Source of the DNA: Octopus sinensis
Lineage: Eukaryota
NCBI RefSeq assembly: GCF_006345805.1
Contig: NC_043014.1
Location: forward strand, 38,006,001-38,070,000
Direction of reading: 5' to 3'
Length of the DNA: 64,000 nucleotides
A program made the translations under genes and the position numbers. The first letter of the stretch is position 1, and every line of letters begins with the position of its first letter. Positions 12,001 through 23,404 of the stretch are shown piece by piece. The notes beneath the pieces are model-generated. The model was not told the origin of the DNA and did not search any database. It worked only from the letters and a program-made list of their open reading frames with translations.

Positions 12001-14880
12001 TGCATTTCATTGGCTTTCATTTTTTGTTGCACGATGAACTGTCGTTCTTTGTTGACTATTTATACGTCGTGCATTTCATTGGCTTTCATTTTTTGTTGCA
12101 CGACGAGCTGTCGTTCTTTGTTGACTATTTATACGTCGTGCATTTCATTGGCTTTCATTTTTTGTTGCACGACGAGCTGTCGTTCTTTGTTGACTATTTA
12201 TACGTCGTGCATTTCATTGGCTTTCATTTTTTGTTGCACGACGAGCTGTCGTTCTTTGTTGACTATTTATACGTCGTGCATTTCATTGGCTTTCATTTTT
12301 TGTTGCACGACGAGCTGTCGTTCTTTGTTGACTATTTATACGTCGTGCATTTCATTGGCTTCATTTTTTTGTTGCACGACGAGCTGTCGTTCTTTGTTGA
12401 CTATTTATACGTCGTGCATTTCATTGGCTTTCATTTTTTGTTGCACGACGAGCTGTCGTTCTTTGTTGACTATTTATACGTCGTGCATTTCATTGGCTTT
12501 CATTTTCTGTTGCACGACGAGCTGTCGTTCTTTGTTGACTATTTATACGTCGTGCATTTCATTGGCTTTCATTTTTTGTTGCACGACGAGTTGTCGTTCT
12601 TTGTTGACTATTTATACGTCGTGCATTTCATTGGCTTTCATTTTTTGTTGCACGACGAGCTGTCGTTCTTTGTTGACTATTTATACGTCGTGCATTTCAT
12701 TGGCTTTCATTTTTTGTTGCACGACGAGCTGTCGTTCTTTGTTGACTATTTATACGTCGTGCATTTCATTGGCTTTCATTTTTTGTTGCACGACGAGCTG
12801 TCGTTCTTTGTTGACTATTTATACGTCGTGCATTTCATTGGCTTTCATTTTTGTTGCACGACGAGCTGTCGTTCTTTGTTGACTATTTATACGTCGTGCA
12901 TTTCATTGGCTTTCATTTTTTGTTGCACGACGAGCTGTCGTTCTTTGTTGGCTATTTATACGTCGTGCATTTCATTGGCTTTCATTTTTTGTTGCACGAC
13001 GAGCTGTCGTTCTTTGTTGACTATTTATACGTCGTGCATTTCATTGGCTTTCATTTTTTGTGCACGACGAGCTGTCGTTCTTTGTTGACTATTTATACGT
13101 CGTGCATTTCATTGGCTTTGGCTTTCATTTTTTCTTGCACGACGAGCTGTCGTTCTTTGTTGACTATTTATACGTCATGCATTTCATTGGCTTTCATTTT
13201 TTGTTGCACGACGAGCTGTCCTTCTTTGTTGACTATTTATACGTCGTGCTTTCATTGGCTTTCATTTTTTGTTGCACGACGAGCTGTCGTTCTTTGTTGA
13301 CTATTTATACGTCGTGCATTTCATTGGCTTTCATTTTTTGTTGCACGACGAGCTGTCGTTCTTTGTTGACTATTTTACGTCGTGCATTTCATTGGCTTTC
13401 ATTTTTTGTTGCACGACGAGCTGTCGTTCTTTGTTGACTATTTATACGTCGTGCATTTCATTGGCTTTCATTTTTTGTTGCACGACGAGCTGTCGTTCTT
13501 TGTTGACTATTTATACGTCGTGCATTTCATTGGCTTTCAGTTTTTGTTGCACGACGAGCTGTCGTTCTTTGTTGACTATTTATACGTCGTGCATTTCATT
13601 GGCTTTCATTTTTGTTGCACGACGAGCTGTCGTTCTTTGTTGACTATTTATACGTCGTGCATTTCATTGGCTTTCATTTTTTGTTGCACGACGAGCTGTC
13701 GTTCTTTGTTGACTATTTATACGTCGTGCATTTCATTGGCTTTCATTTTTTGTTGCACGACGAGCTGTCGTTCTTTGTTGACTATTTATACGTCGTGCAT
13801 TTCATTGGCTTTCATTTTTTGTTGCACGACGAGCTGTCGTTCTTGTTGACTATTTATACGTCATGCATTTCATTGGCTTTCATTTTTTGTTGCACGACGA
13901 GCTGTCGTTCTTTGTTGACTATTTATACGTCGTGCATTTCATTGGCTTTCATTTTCTGTTGCACGACGAGCTGTCGTTCTTTGTTGACTATTTATACGTC
14001 GTGCATTTCATTGGCTTTCATTTTTTGTTGCACGACGAGCTGTCGTTCTTTGTTGACTATTTATACGTCGTGCATTTCATTGGCTTTCATTTTTTGTTGC
14101 ACGACGAGCTGTCGTTCTTTGTTGACTATTTATACGTCGTGCATTTCATTGGCTTTAATTTTTTGTTGCACGACGAGCTGTCGTTCTTTGTTGACTATTT
14201 ATACGTCGTGCATTTCATTGGCTTTCATTTTTTGTTGCACGACGAGCTGTCGTTCTTTGTTGACTATTTATACGTCGTGCATTTCATTGGCTTTATTTTT
14301 TGTTGCACGACGAGCTGTCGTTCTTTGTTGACTATTTATACGTCGTGCATTTCATTGGCTTTAATTTTTTGTTGCACGACGAGCTGTCGTTCTTTGTTGA
14401 CTATTTATACGTCGTGCATTTCATTGGCTTTCATTTTTTGTTGCACGACGAGCTGTCGTTCTTTGTTGACTATTTATACGTCGTGCATTTCATTGGCTTT
14501 CATTTTTTGTTGCACGACGAGCTGTCGTTCTTGTTGACTATTTATATGTCGTGCATTTCATGGCTTTCATTTTTTGTTGCACGACGAGCTGTCGTTCTTT
14601 GTTGACTATTTATACGTCGTGCATTTCATTGGCTTTCATTTTCTGTTGCACGACGAGCTGTCGTTCTTTGTTGACTATTTATACGTCATGCATTTCATTG
14701 GCTTTCATTTTTTGTTGCACGACGAGCTGTCGTTCTTTGTTGACTATTTATACGTCGTGCATTTCATTGGCTTTCATTTTCTGTTGCACGACGAGCTGTC
14801 GTTCTTTGTTGACTATTTATACGTCGTGCATTTCATTGGCTTTCATTTTCTGTTGCACGACGAGCTGTCGTTCTTTGTTG
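1..14880. repeat. 69-bp tandem satellite array, ~215 monomers, continues past the left edge of the window
   Basis: Consensus ctatttatacgtcgtgcatttcattggctttcattttttgttgcacgacgagctgtcgttctttgttga (69 nt) repeats without interruption. Variation is mostly 1-nt indels in T runs plus a few recurrent substitutions (tttttt/ttttct, gtcgtg/gtcatg). Confidence 0.99.
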
Positions 14881-15761
14881 GCTATCTACACGTCGTGCAA
14901 TTCGTTGACTTTCATTTTCTGTTGCACGACGAGCTGCCGTTTTTTGTTGGCTATCTACACGCCGTGCATTTCTTTGGCTTTTATTTTCTGTTGCCTGAAG
15001 AGCTGTTGGCTATCTACACCGTGCATTTGTTTGGCATTCATTTTCTGTTGCACCATGAACTGCCGTTGTTTGTTGTCTATCTACACGTCGTGCATTTCTT
15101 TGGCTTTCATTTCTGTTGCACGACGTGAGGCCGTTTTTGTTGGCTAACTACACGTCCTGCATTTCTTGATTCTCATTTTTTGTTTCACGATGACTGCCGT
15201 TGTTTGTTGGCTATCTTCGCGACGTACATTTCTTTGGCTTTCATTTCCTGTTGCACGATGACCAGCCGTTTTTTTTTGTTGGCTATCTACACGTCGTGCT
15301 TTTCATTGGCTTCCATTTTTTGTTGCACGACGAGGTTGGCTATCTTCACGTTGTGCATTTCTTTGGCTTTCATTTTCTGTTGCATGACTAGCTGCCGTTT
15401 TGTTGGCTATCTACATGTCGTGCATTTTTTTTGACTTTCATTTTCCGCTGCACGACGAGCTGTCGTACTTTGTTGGCTATCTACACGTCGTCATTTCTCT
15501 TATCTTCGATTTCTGCTGCACGACGAGCTGCCGTTCTCTGTGCATTTCTTCGACCTTCGTTTTCCGCTGCGCGTGGAGCTGCCACTCTTTCTTTCCTGGT
15601 TGCATTTCGTGCATTTCTTTGATGTTCGGTTGCAGATGTACATCGAACCTTCTTTCTTTGTCGATCATCTAACAGCCGTTCGCGTTTCTTATCTTCGTTT
15701 TCTGCTGCACGTCGTGAGTTTCTTTGGTGTTCGTGTTTTGATGCTCTTTTTTAGGAGACAT
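14881..15761 (-). pseudogene. Diverged satellite edge = frameshifted ORF of 23-aa STPR-like basic repeats (possibly the N-terminus of a Helitron RepHel protein)
   Basis: Manual translation from ATG at 15761, with one A added in the A6 run: MSPKKRASKHEHQRNSRRAA-ENEDKKRERLLDDRQRKKVRCTS-ATEHQRNARNATRKERVAAPRAA-ENEGRRNAQRTAARRAA-EIEDKRN..., then ENESQRNARRVDSQQ(K/R)TAARRAT-type units. Several indels are in frame (3, 12, 18 nt, and a compensating 10+2 nt pair). Confidence 0.7.
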
Positions 15762-15829
15762 TTTTTGATAAGAAATATCAGTATGTAGTAGTCAAATGAA
15801 ATTACAAATGCTTATCTTGTCAGTGTTAG

Positions 15830-16040
15830 AGCTGAATTTTTGACGCTATATATACAGGAATGCAAGGCAAGGCGTTGTGTGATAGAGAAGTTGGAATGCA
15901 ATCTTGGGATATTATCTTGATGTTTCTGACATCTCTTTTTATCATACCCAGGGCGCCCACAATAACAGGAACAGCTCTCGCTTTAAGATGCCACATCTTT
16001 TGTATTTCAATTTCCAGATCCTTATTTGGGTGTGTCAATT
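15830..16040 (-). mobile_element. R4/Dong-clade non-LTR retrotransposon, C-terminal restriction-like endonuclease fragment
   Basis: KDLEIEIQKMWHLKARAVPVIVGALGMIK matches the C-terminal motif of R4/Dong ORFs. A related fragment lies at 55790-56232. Confidence 0.6.
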
Positions 16041-16314
16041 TGAATAACTTACTAAAAATCTAATTTGGTAGTGAAATTATTTTGCCTTCTTACTCCCTTA
16101 CTTCAGATATATATATACCAAAATGGATTAACAAAACTCTAACTTACATCAGTTTTATCTTAAATTATCAATATGGTGTTGTTTTGAAACAATAACTGAA
16201 AATTTAGATGAAAAACTGATTAGACTCAAAATATTATTCGTATATTATCTTTTAATTGGTTAAATGAATATTATATTATCTTTAAATTGGTTAAATGAAT
16301 TTTACTCTTTTCAG

Positions 16315-17560
16315 ATATTCACAAGGTGTTAATACTGAAGACTAGAGGCCAGATGTTATCCCACTTGAGCTTGTTAATTGGTACACCGAAAGAGATTCCT
16401 GTATCAGAGCTTCCAACAGTGAGAGACAGTTTAAGACCTGGGTTACTACTTCGGTTACAAAATTCCAAGGACAGAAGGAACTATACAGATTAGGTCCTCA
16501 TACATGATATAATACCCCACCTTCTGCGACAGTGCACAATTCAAACCGCGAGCGATCATACAGTGTCGAACAACTAAGATAAAGCTAATGAGATTGTGGT
16601 GGAAAGTAGTGCACACATCACATGGTAAATGAAAAATGCTTTTCTACACTCACCTGATACACTGTTCGATATTTTGAGCTGCAAGTGTTCAATAGTTTTG
16701 TGTTTAAAAGAGGATTGTTCTCCCACTGGTAAGAGAGGAAATCACTCCCACATTGACTGTTGTTGTCCTCCCTCGTGAAAAGAAGATACCTTTTCTAGAG
16801 CTAGATTCCATAAGCTCACTGGGGACAAAAACAGGAGGGCAAGGCAGTATGCAAATGGGTTGAACTAATTATAAAGAAAATAAGAGACAGATTTCTACTG
16901 AAAAAAGGAAAAGGCTTTGGTAAAGAGAGGGAAGAAAAAAAGAGAATGAAGAGTGAAGTCATGCAAAGAGAAGAACAGCACAGCCATGATGTTTATCAGT
17001 TGTTTGATAATGAAGAAAATAAAGTAATGTCAGATGAAAATTCTAAAGAATCTTCTGAAGCCATACCAAAGAGGAAAATATAATAAAAAAAAACATTTTA
17101 AAATTTGCATTAGCTAGTATTCGTCACCATATCGAACTCCATGTTGCTGCTGAAATTGCAACTGCCGCTTGGATAGATGCAAGCCTCATCAGTCAATGGG
17201 ATTCATCCTTGGTTATAGATCATAGACTGAGATATCTGATCAGCAAGAGAAAGAATTAAAAGGAGGGCTCTTCTGTCTTTTGTTTGAGGGAAGAATAGAC
17301 GAAACCAAAGTTGTGGTTGAAGTAGGTGGAATTTCCAGAAAATTTCCAGGTCTAATTAAAGAAGAGCACTACACTATCTGCTCTGAACCTGGTGGTTAGT
17401 TTTTGTTTCATTTTACACTTGAAGCTGAATTGGAAATAAAAAAATATGCAGAGGTAATTGCTGATTATATTTTATTCTGGCTTCAAAAGAGAAGGCTTGA
17501 AATTTGAGTGCGAGTTATTGGTGGGGATTCAATTATTTAGAGAAAAAAACTTGATAGAAG
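16315..17560 (+). mobile_element. Degenerate DNA transposase remnant (hAT-like, hATm-type from recall)
   Basis: Stop- and frameshift-broken pieces: GTPKEIPVSELPTVRDSLR; VAAEIATAAWIDASLISQWDSSLVID; LLFEGRIDETK...LIKEEHYTICSEPGG*FLFHFT; RVIGGDS. These resemble the FDGRKD...EEH...EPG...GH...IGCDGT motif series. Family assignment is from memory and needs a Dfam/Repbase search. Confidence 0.45.
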
Positions 17561-17829
17561 ACTTATTTGGATTGTATGTGATGAATTAAGCACCAATTGC
17601 GTACTGCGGTCGATCTAATCGACTGGCTCCCTCCCACCAAAAATATGGCTCTTGAGCATAGAGGAGAAAAATATTTGTCCATGTTGTTTGTAAATAGCGA
17701 TTAAAACTTACAGTGAAAACAATAGCGATTGAACTTAAAGTGAAAACAATAATGTCTGAAAAATGAAAGTGAAAAGAATACAGAGTGAGTGAGATATATA
17801 TATATATAGAGAACTTGCTAGTTAGACAA

Positions 17830-17831
17830 AT

Positions 17832-17906
<75 letters not shown>

Positions 17907-18369
17907 GACATAGATAGATAGATACAGAGAGATAGATATAGAGATGGATAGAGAAATATAGATAGAGAGATTTAGAGAGGTAGAAATAGACAGAGATGGA
18001 TAGAGAGATATAGACGTCACTGACGCTAGAAAACCGAAAGTAAATATTTTAAAAACTCTCAAGGACGTGAATCTAATATAAAAAACATTTTCCTGACCAA
18101 TTGATATGAGAGGACAATAAGTTTCTTAAAGTTACGTCGCAAAGAGTTACCTTCCTTCTTCCCGTAACCCAGGAATGGATGTTTTCTGTCACATTGGGCC
18201 TGTTACTCATTACGTGAAAAATTTTAAGAGTCTAAAACCATCCATGAAACATTAGTAATGTATTTTCCTAGCTTGGAGAATATCAGTTGAAAAATACGGC
18301 CGTTATAATCTTTTACACACAGACACAGAGACGGGATTCATATTATATATATATATATATAATAATATA

Positions 18370-18421
<52 letters not shown>

Positions 18422-18575
18422 AATATATATATTCATATATTCTTTGTACCTATGTATTTATAAAACGTTAAAATATCAAACAAGAATTTGAGACATTTAA
18501 AATTTATCTAAAACCATAAACTAATGAATATCTATCTATCTATCTGTCTATATCTAATCTATCTATCTATCTATC

Positions 18576-18616
<41 letters not shown>

Positions 18617-18746
18617 GCTAGCTAGCTAGCTAGCTAGCTCTCTCTCTCCCTCCCTCTCCCCTCTCTCCCCCCTCTCTCTCTATATATATGTATATATATA
18701 TTATATATGTGTATGTATGTTGTGTACGTATGTATGTATGTTTACC

Positions 18747-18794
<48 letters not shown>

Positions 18795-18910
18795 GCACAT
18801 ACAGACATGCGCACGCACATATGCATACACATACATGTAAGTACATATGCACACACATGTACATATATATACACATATGTACATATATGTATATATAGAT
18901 GTATTATATG
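17830..18910. repeat. Microsatellite cluster: (GATA)n, (TA)n, (TATC)n, (TAGC)n, CT-rich and TA/CA mixed tracts
   Basis: Directly visible at 17830-18010, 18340-18430, 18530-18640 and 18670-18910. Confidence 0.95.
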
Positions 18911-19289
18911 TACATAGACGACCGTATGCTCATATGAGTAAGAATACATGGTATGTTAGAATACTTTGTAAGCAATATCATTACACGTAATTCGTATGTA
19001 CTAATACTAAAAGTACTAAACAGCATATCCTCTCTAGAAACATGCTCCATTTAAAACATTCATATTCACACGCCTACATATCAAATGTACTTTTGGTATC
19101 CATGTCACTAAAAGGAAGTCTAATGAGTAAATGCTAATTATTTGATGGACTTTAATTAGATACTATGCTAACGAATGCCGCAAATTATCGCATTGTTATT
19201 TGATCTCTTGTGAAATATTACTCAAGCTACACGTTCATATGAGGATGACGGTGTGTAAATGAATGTGTTTGGAATTGGCTGTGGTCCAG

Positions 19290-20515
19290 GAGAGAGTCGA
19301 ACGGAACAGACGTTTCGCTGGCTTCTATCATGAGGTGTTAGGATAATGCTGCGACAGATGATAAAGAATCAGTGAGTATAGCAAAACATACACGCACACG
19401 CACAAACACAGACTACACACGCACCGCTCAAACACAGACTACACACACACACACATATACACACACAGAGTATTATATATATATATATATACGTTTATGT
19501 ATTCGTTTTGCATGATACTTGGTGTGTGGTGTGTGGGGTTTGTGTGCTTGTGTTCCATTCTAGTTTTCTATTTAGGCTAGGTTTATCTTCTACTATGTGT
19601 GTAGCTTCCGTAATTTGTCTAAGCGTTGCGTCCGTTCTGTGTGGACAAGATTTTAACTTCTATGTTGTTGAGTGGGCCCCCATGTTCTCGCTCGACGTGC
19701 TGGTATAGCACCGATGAACTCTTCTCTTCCTTAAGTTCCCTCCAATGCTCTTTTACCCGCTCTCCTATGTTCCGTACTGTCTCCCCTACGTACCTCATTG
19801 TCTTGTTTCTGTACCGTCCCTCTGTACATCTTATACTTAAGACTACATTCTTAGCTTTACAGTTTGTTAGTGGGGCTAAGTCTACATACAATACAGTCGC
19901 TATCATTACAGGAGGTTCTATTAAAAGGATAGGTTTTACCGAGTAAGGATTTGATAGGGTTACCTGGCGTTTTTACAACCTTAATTCATAGATGAATCTT
20001 GTCTAGAGCCCTTCTAAAGCGGTACGCCAGTTCGCCTCTAGGGGTGGTTCCGACGAACATGACACTCTGGATTTTGTGGCTACCATACCATAAGTTGGCC
20101 TTCCCTATTTTCTTCTTAGTCCTTTCAATGGTATTCCATGACTTGCTCCTATTGAATAGGCAAATCCCATTCTTATCGTTACGTATGATAGTTTCAAATT
20201 TCCTCATGGCTCCTTTATTTATTCTGATCCTTTCTCTATGGCTGTATCCTGAGAACTGCTTGCGGTGAACGAAGTGTTGTATGAGTCTCTTTAACTCTGT
20301 TGAGTCGCACATGCGGGAAACATATCTCATTACTCTGATGAGGCCTGTCATCAATATATTAAGTTTTATATTGTCCACGATAGCTGAGTTCCAGCAGATC
20401 AGGTATTTGGAGGCCATAGGTTATTGCTTTTTACTCATAAGGTATTGGAATCTTATATGTATACCATTCTGCCTAAATAATGGATCTACAAATAGAATAT
20501 CCCTGCGTATCTGAC
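19290..20515 (-). mobile_element. Penelope-like element fragment: RT C-terminus plus GIY-YIG endonuclease
   Basis: ORF 19619-19906: NVVLSIRC...RYVGETVRNIGERVKEH (GIY-YIG). ORF 19986-20417: PMASKYLI..NSA...SGYSHRER (post-RT region of PLEs). Confidence 0.8.
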
Positions 20516-20821
20516 ATCCATTTTCATTCCTCCACCTCACTCTCTATTTCGTCTCTTATCTAAATTAACTATTGCTTAACCATCTTCTCACACCGTCTGC
20601 GATGAAGTGATATAATAAGTATCCTAGAATCAGCTATAAGACCTAATTATAAAAGTTCTAAAATCTACACACCCTTGGTTTTTTCCTATCTCATTACGAA
20701 AAAATTATATATATATATATATATATATAATTGCAGCGGCTTATAAACACCTTCCACGCTGCAATTATTTTCGTTTCAGCACACGATCTCAGATCAAATT
20801 ACTTACTATGCGAGTACATCT

Positions 20822-20867
<46 letters not shown>

Positions 20868-20869
20868 AT

Positions 20870-21684
20870 AAACGGGAAGCTTTATGAAAATAGACAAAAG
20901 ACGAAGGCAGGTGGAAAACAAACGAACAATTGTATTAGTATGGCGCTCAGGAAATATAAATAAAACAAGTCTTTAACGTTTCGAGCCTACGCTCTTCAAC
21001 AGAAAGATACACAGAGAGAAAAAAAAACACAGAAAGAAGGAGAGAAAAAAAATGCGTGCAGTAGCTAACGAATCAACATGGCGATCTGATTTCGGCCAGA
21101 GGTCAAAGATCAAACATGAGACGCGAGAGCGAAATAAGGGGAGATAATAGGGTTGATAATAGGGTGATAATAGGGTTGAAGGACCAGCTAATAGTGCGTA
21201 GGAGGGGTCTGGACGTGTGTATGTATAGGGTTGGTGTATGTATTAGTATGTATATAAGGGTGTGTGTGTGTGTGTGTGTGTGTATGAGAGAGTATTAGTG
21301 CGTAGGATTGGTCTGGACGTGCGTATGTATGGGGTTGGGTATGTATTAGTATGTATTAGTATGTATTAGTACGTATTAGTATGTATAAGTGTGTGTGTGT
21401 GTGTATGAGAGAGAGTATAAGTGCGTATGCGGGGTCTGGACGTGTGTATGTATAGGGTTGGTGTATGTATTAGTATGCTTAGTATGTATGTATTAGTACG
21501 TATTAGTATGTATTAGTTGGTGTGTGTATTAGTATGGCACATCATATATGATGTGATGTGTAAGTCGTGTGGGTGTAGTGAGGAGAAGGGGGGGGAGAAG
21601 GGGGGAGAAGAGGAGGGGGAGGAGAGGGGGGAAGAGGAGAGGATGGGGGAGAGAGAGGAGGGGGAGAAGGAAGGGGAGGGGGAG

Positions 21685-21700
<16 letters not shown>
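20870..21700 (-). mobile_element. Penelope-like 3' terminal remnant with low-complexity GT/GA tracts
   Basis: 20900-21010 is homologous to 41620-41735 and 59470-59640 and carries the same hammerhead-like motif. Confidence 0.6.
20970..21007 (-). ncRNA. Minimal type I hammerhead ribozyme-like motif (core variant CUGUUGA)
   Basis: Reverse complement: TCTTT CTGTTGA A GAGC GTAG GCTC GAAAC GTT AAAGA. Stem I TCTTT/AAAGA, stem II GAGC/GCTC, palindromic ACGT stem III. Confidence 0.6.
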
Positions 21701-21728
<28 letters not shown>

Positions 21729-22082
21729 TTATATATATAACGCGGAGTAGATGAAACAGGGACAACTGAAGATGGGGGAATATTCTTTATGTTGCATGTC
21801 TCGTTTCTCTGTTTCCTTTTACTGCTGTTCGAAAAAGTTCGTTTCTATGTTTTTGTTTTTGTTCTCGTTTCTCTTGTGTTCAACGTTTTTTTTTTTTATG
21901 TCCTGTACCCATATATGCATGTATATTACATATATTCGTAGGTATGTACATATATATATGTATATATGCATATAGTATATATATATGCATATGTGCGTAT
22001 GCGTGTGTGTATGTACACATAATTATATATATTATATATATATATAATATATATATATATACACATACATATATAAAAGAGG

Positions 22083-22417
22083 TTAAAGACCCCTTCGGTC
22101 ATGACTGACCATGGGATTGCACCTAGAAAGTTACCCTCCTAGACACAAGTCCGGGCAAGGTTGTTTATGGAAGACCAGCAGCCGCCCATGCATACCAGCC
22201 TCCCCTCTCCACGCCACCAGTGTTATCCAAGGGAAAGACAAAGTCGATGCAGCTTGGCACCTGTGACGTCGCACTCACTTTCTACAGCTGAGTGAACTGG
22301 AGCAACGTGAAATAAAGTGCTTTGCTCAAGAACACAACACGCAGCCCGGTCAGGGATTCGAGCTCACAACCTCACGATCGTAAGCTCGACGCTCTAACCA
22401 CTGAGCCATGCGCCTTC
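22083..22417 (-). mobile_element. tRNA-derived SINE, family A (CORE/Meta-like central block)
   Basis: Head AAGGCGCATGGCTCAGTGGTTAGAGC with B-box-like GAGCTCGAATCC; body TGTGTTCTTGAGCAAAGCACTTTATTTCAC; further copies at 24131, 54465 and 62965. Confidence 0.85.
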
Positions 22418-22486
22418 AAAGAAAACAAAGCAACAACACCAGACAATTGAACTACAAACAATAACTGAGATAAATAAAAGTTATAC

Positions 22487-22568
22487 TGGCAGCGATGGGA
22501 TTCGAACCCACGCCTCCGAAGAGACTGGTGCCTAAAACCAGCGCCTTAGACCACTCGGCCACGCTACC
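22487..22568 (-). tRNA. tRNA-Leu (anticodon TAG), 82 nt
   Basis: GGTAGCGTGGCCGAGTGGTCTAAGGCGCTGGTTTTAGGCACCAGTCTCTTCGGAGGCGTGGGTTCGAATCCCATCGCTGCCA: 7-bp acceptor stem, anticodon stem CTGGT/ACCAG with loop TTTAGGC, long variable arm and TTCGAAT loop. A TTTT Pol III terminator lies just downstream (22476-22479). Confidence 0.97.
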
Positions 22569-22731
22569 ACATACATATTTAACATGAATACATTTATATA
22601 TATAGAGTATATTGCCACACACCGATTCTTTATCATCTGTCGCAGCTTTATCCTAACATCTGATTATATACAGCGTCTGTTCCATTCGCTGCTATCCTGG
22701 ACCAAACACAGTCATTTTGGAACCATATATA

Positions 22732-22762
<31 letters not shown>

Positions 22763-23354
22763 ATATATATAATATATAATATATATATTATACATACATA
22801 CATACATACATACATACATACATCATACATACATATGTATATGCACATGCACACACATATGCATATATATATATATTATATATATAATATATATATATAT
22901 TATACATATGCACACCCATGTACATATATACATACATTTGACAGTTAGAGCGTGAGATCAAATAACTATGCGATAATTGCGACATTAATTAGCATAGTAT
23001 CTAATTAGGCTCCATCAAATAATTAACTTTGTCTCATCAGACTCCCATTTAGTGACATAGATACCATAGGACGTTTGAAATTTGGGCGTATGAGTATGAC
23101 GGGATTATAGGGAGTAAGCTAAAATATAGAAAGTACATACTGTTTATACTTGGAGTATTAATACAGACGAATTTGACAGTTTGTAATGACGTAATGACAT
23201 TGTTTACAAAGCATTCTAACACACTATGTACATTTACACTTATATGAGCATACACACATCTATATGTACATATAAATGCATCTATATATACATATATACA
23301 TGTGAATACACATATGTATGTATATATGTACATGTGTGTGCATATGTATATATA

Positions 23355-23387
<33 letters not shown>

Positions 23388-23404
23388 CTAATAAAATAAT
23401 AAAT

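Noticed and set aside
1-14880. CRISPR array or prokaryotic repeat system
   Set aside because: There are no unique spacers (monomers abut directly), no cas genes, and the context is eukaryotic.
14-15128. Long plus-strand ORFs in the array (LHDELSFFVDYLYVVHFIGFHFL and CTTSCRSLLTIYTSCISLAFIFC repeats, up to 520 aa), including an apparent HDEL motif
   Set aside because: They are the antisense shadow of an A-rich minus-strand coding repeat. The composition is implausibly F/L/C-rich, frames switch at random indels, and an internal HDEL has no retention function.
15477-15761. Minus-strand frame MSPKKEHQ...GC*MIDKER...HDV*IANKERQL with a TAG/TAA at the same position in most units, suggesting programmed readthrough or a ciliate-type code
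   Set aside because: The adjacent frame is open in most edge units and gives a recognisable STPR-like pattern. The periodic stop is simply the out-of-frame reading of GTA GAT / ATA AAT. The intact SLC17 ORF uses the standard code.
21590-21690. G/purine-rich tract with G-quadruplex or triplex potential
   Set aside because: It is part of the low-complexity tail of a PLE remnant, with nothing indicating function.
22487-22568. tRNA as an amber suppressor for the stop-containing repeats
   Set aside because: Anticodon TAG reads CUA (Leu); a UAG suppressor would need anticodon CTA.
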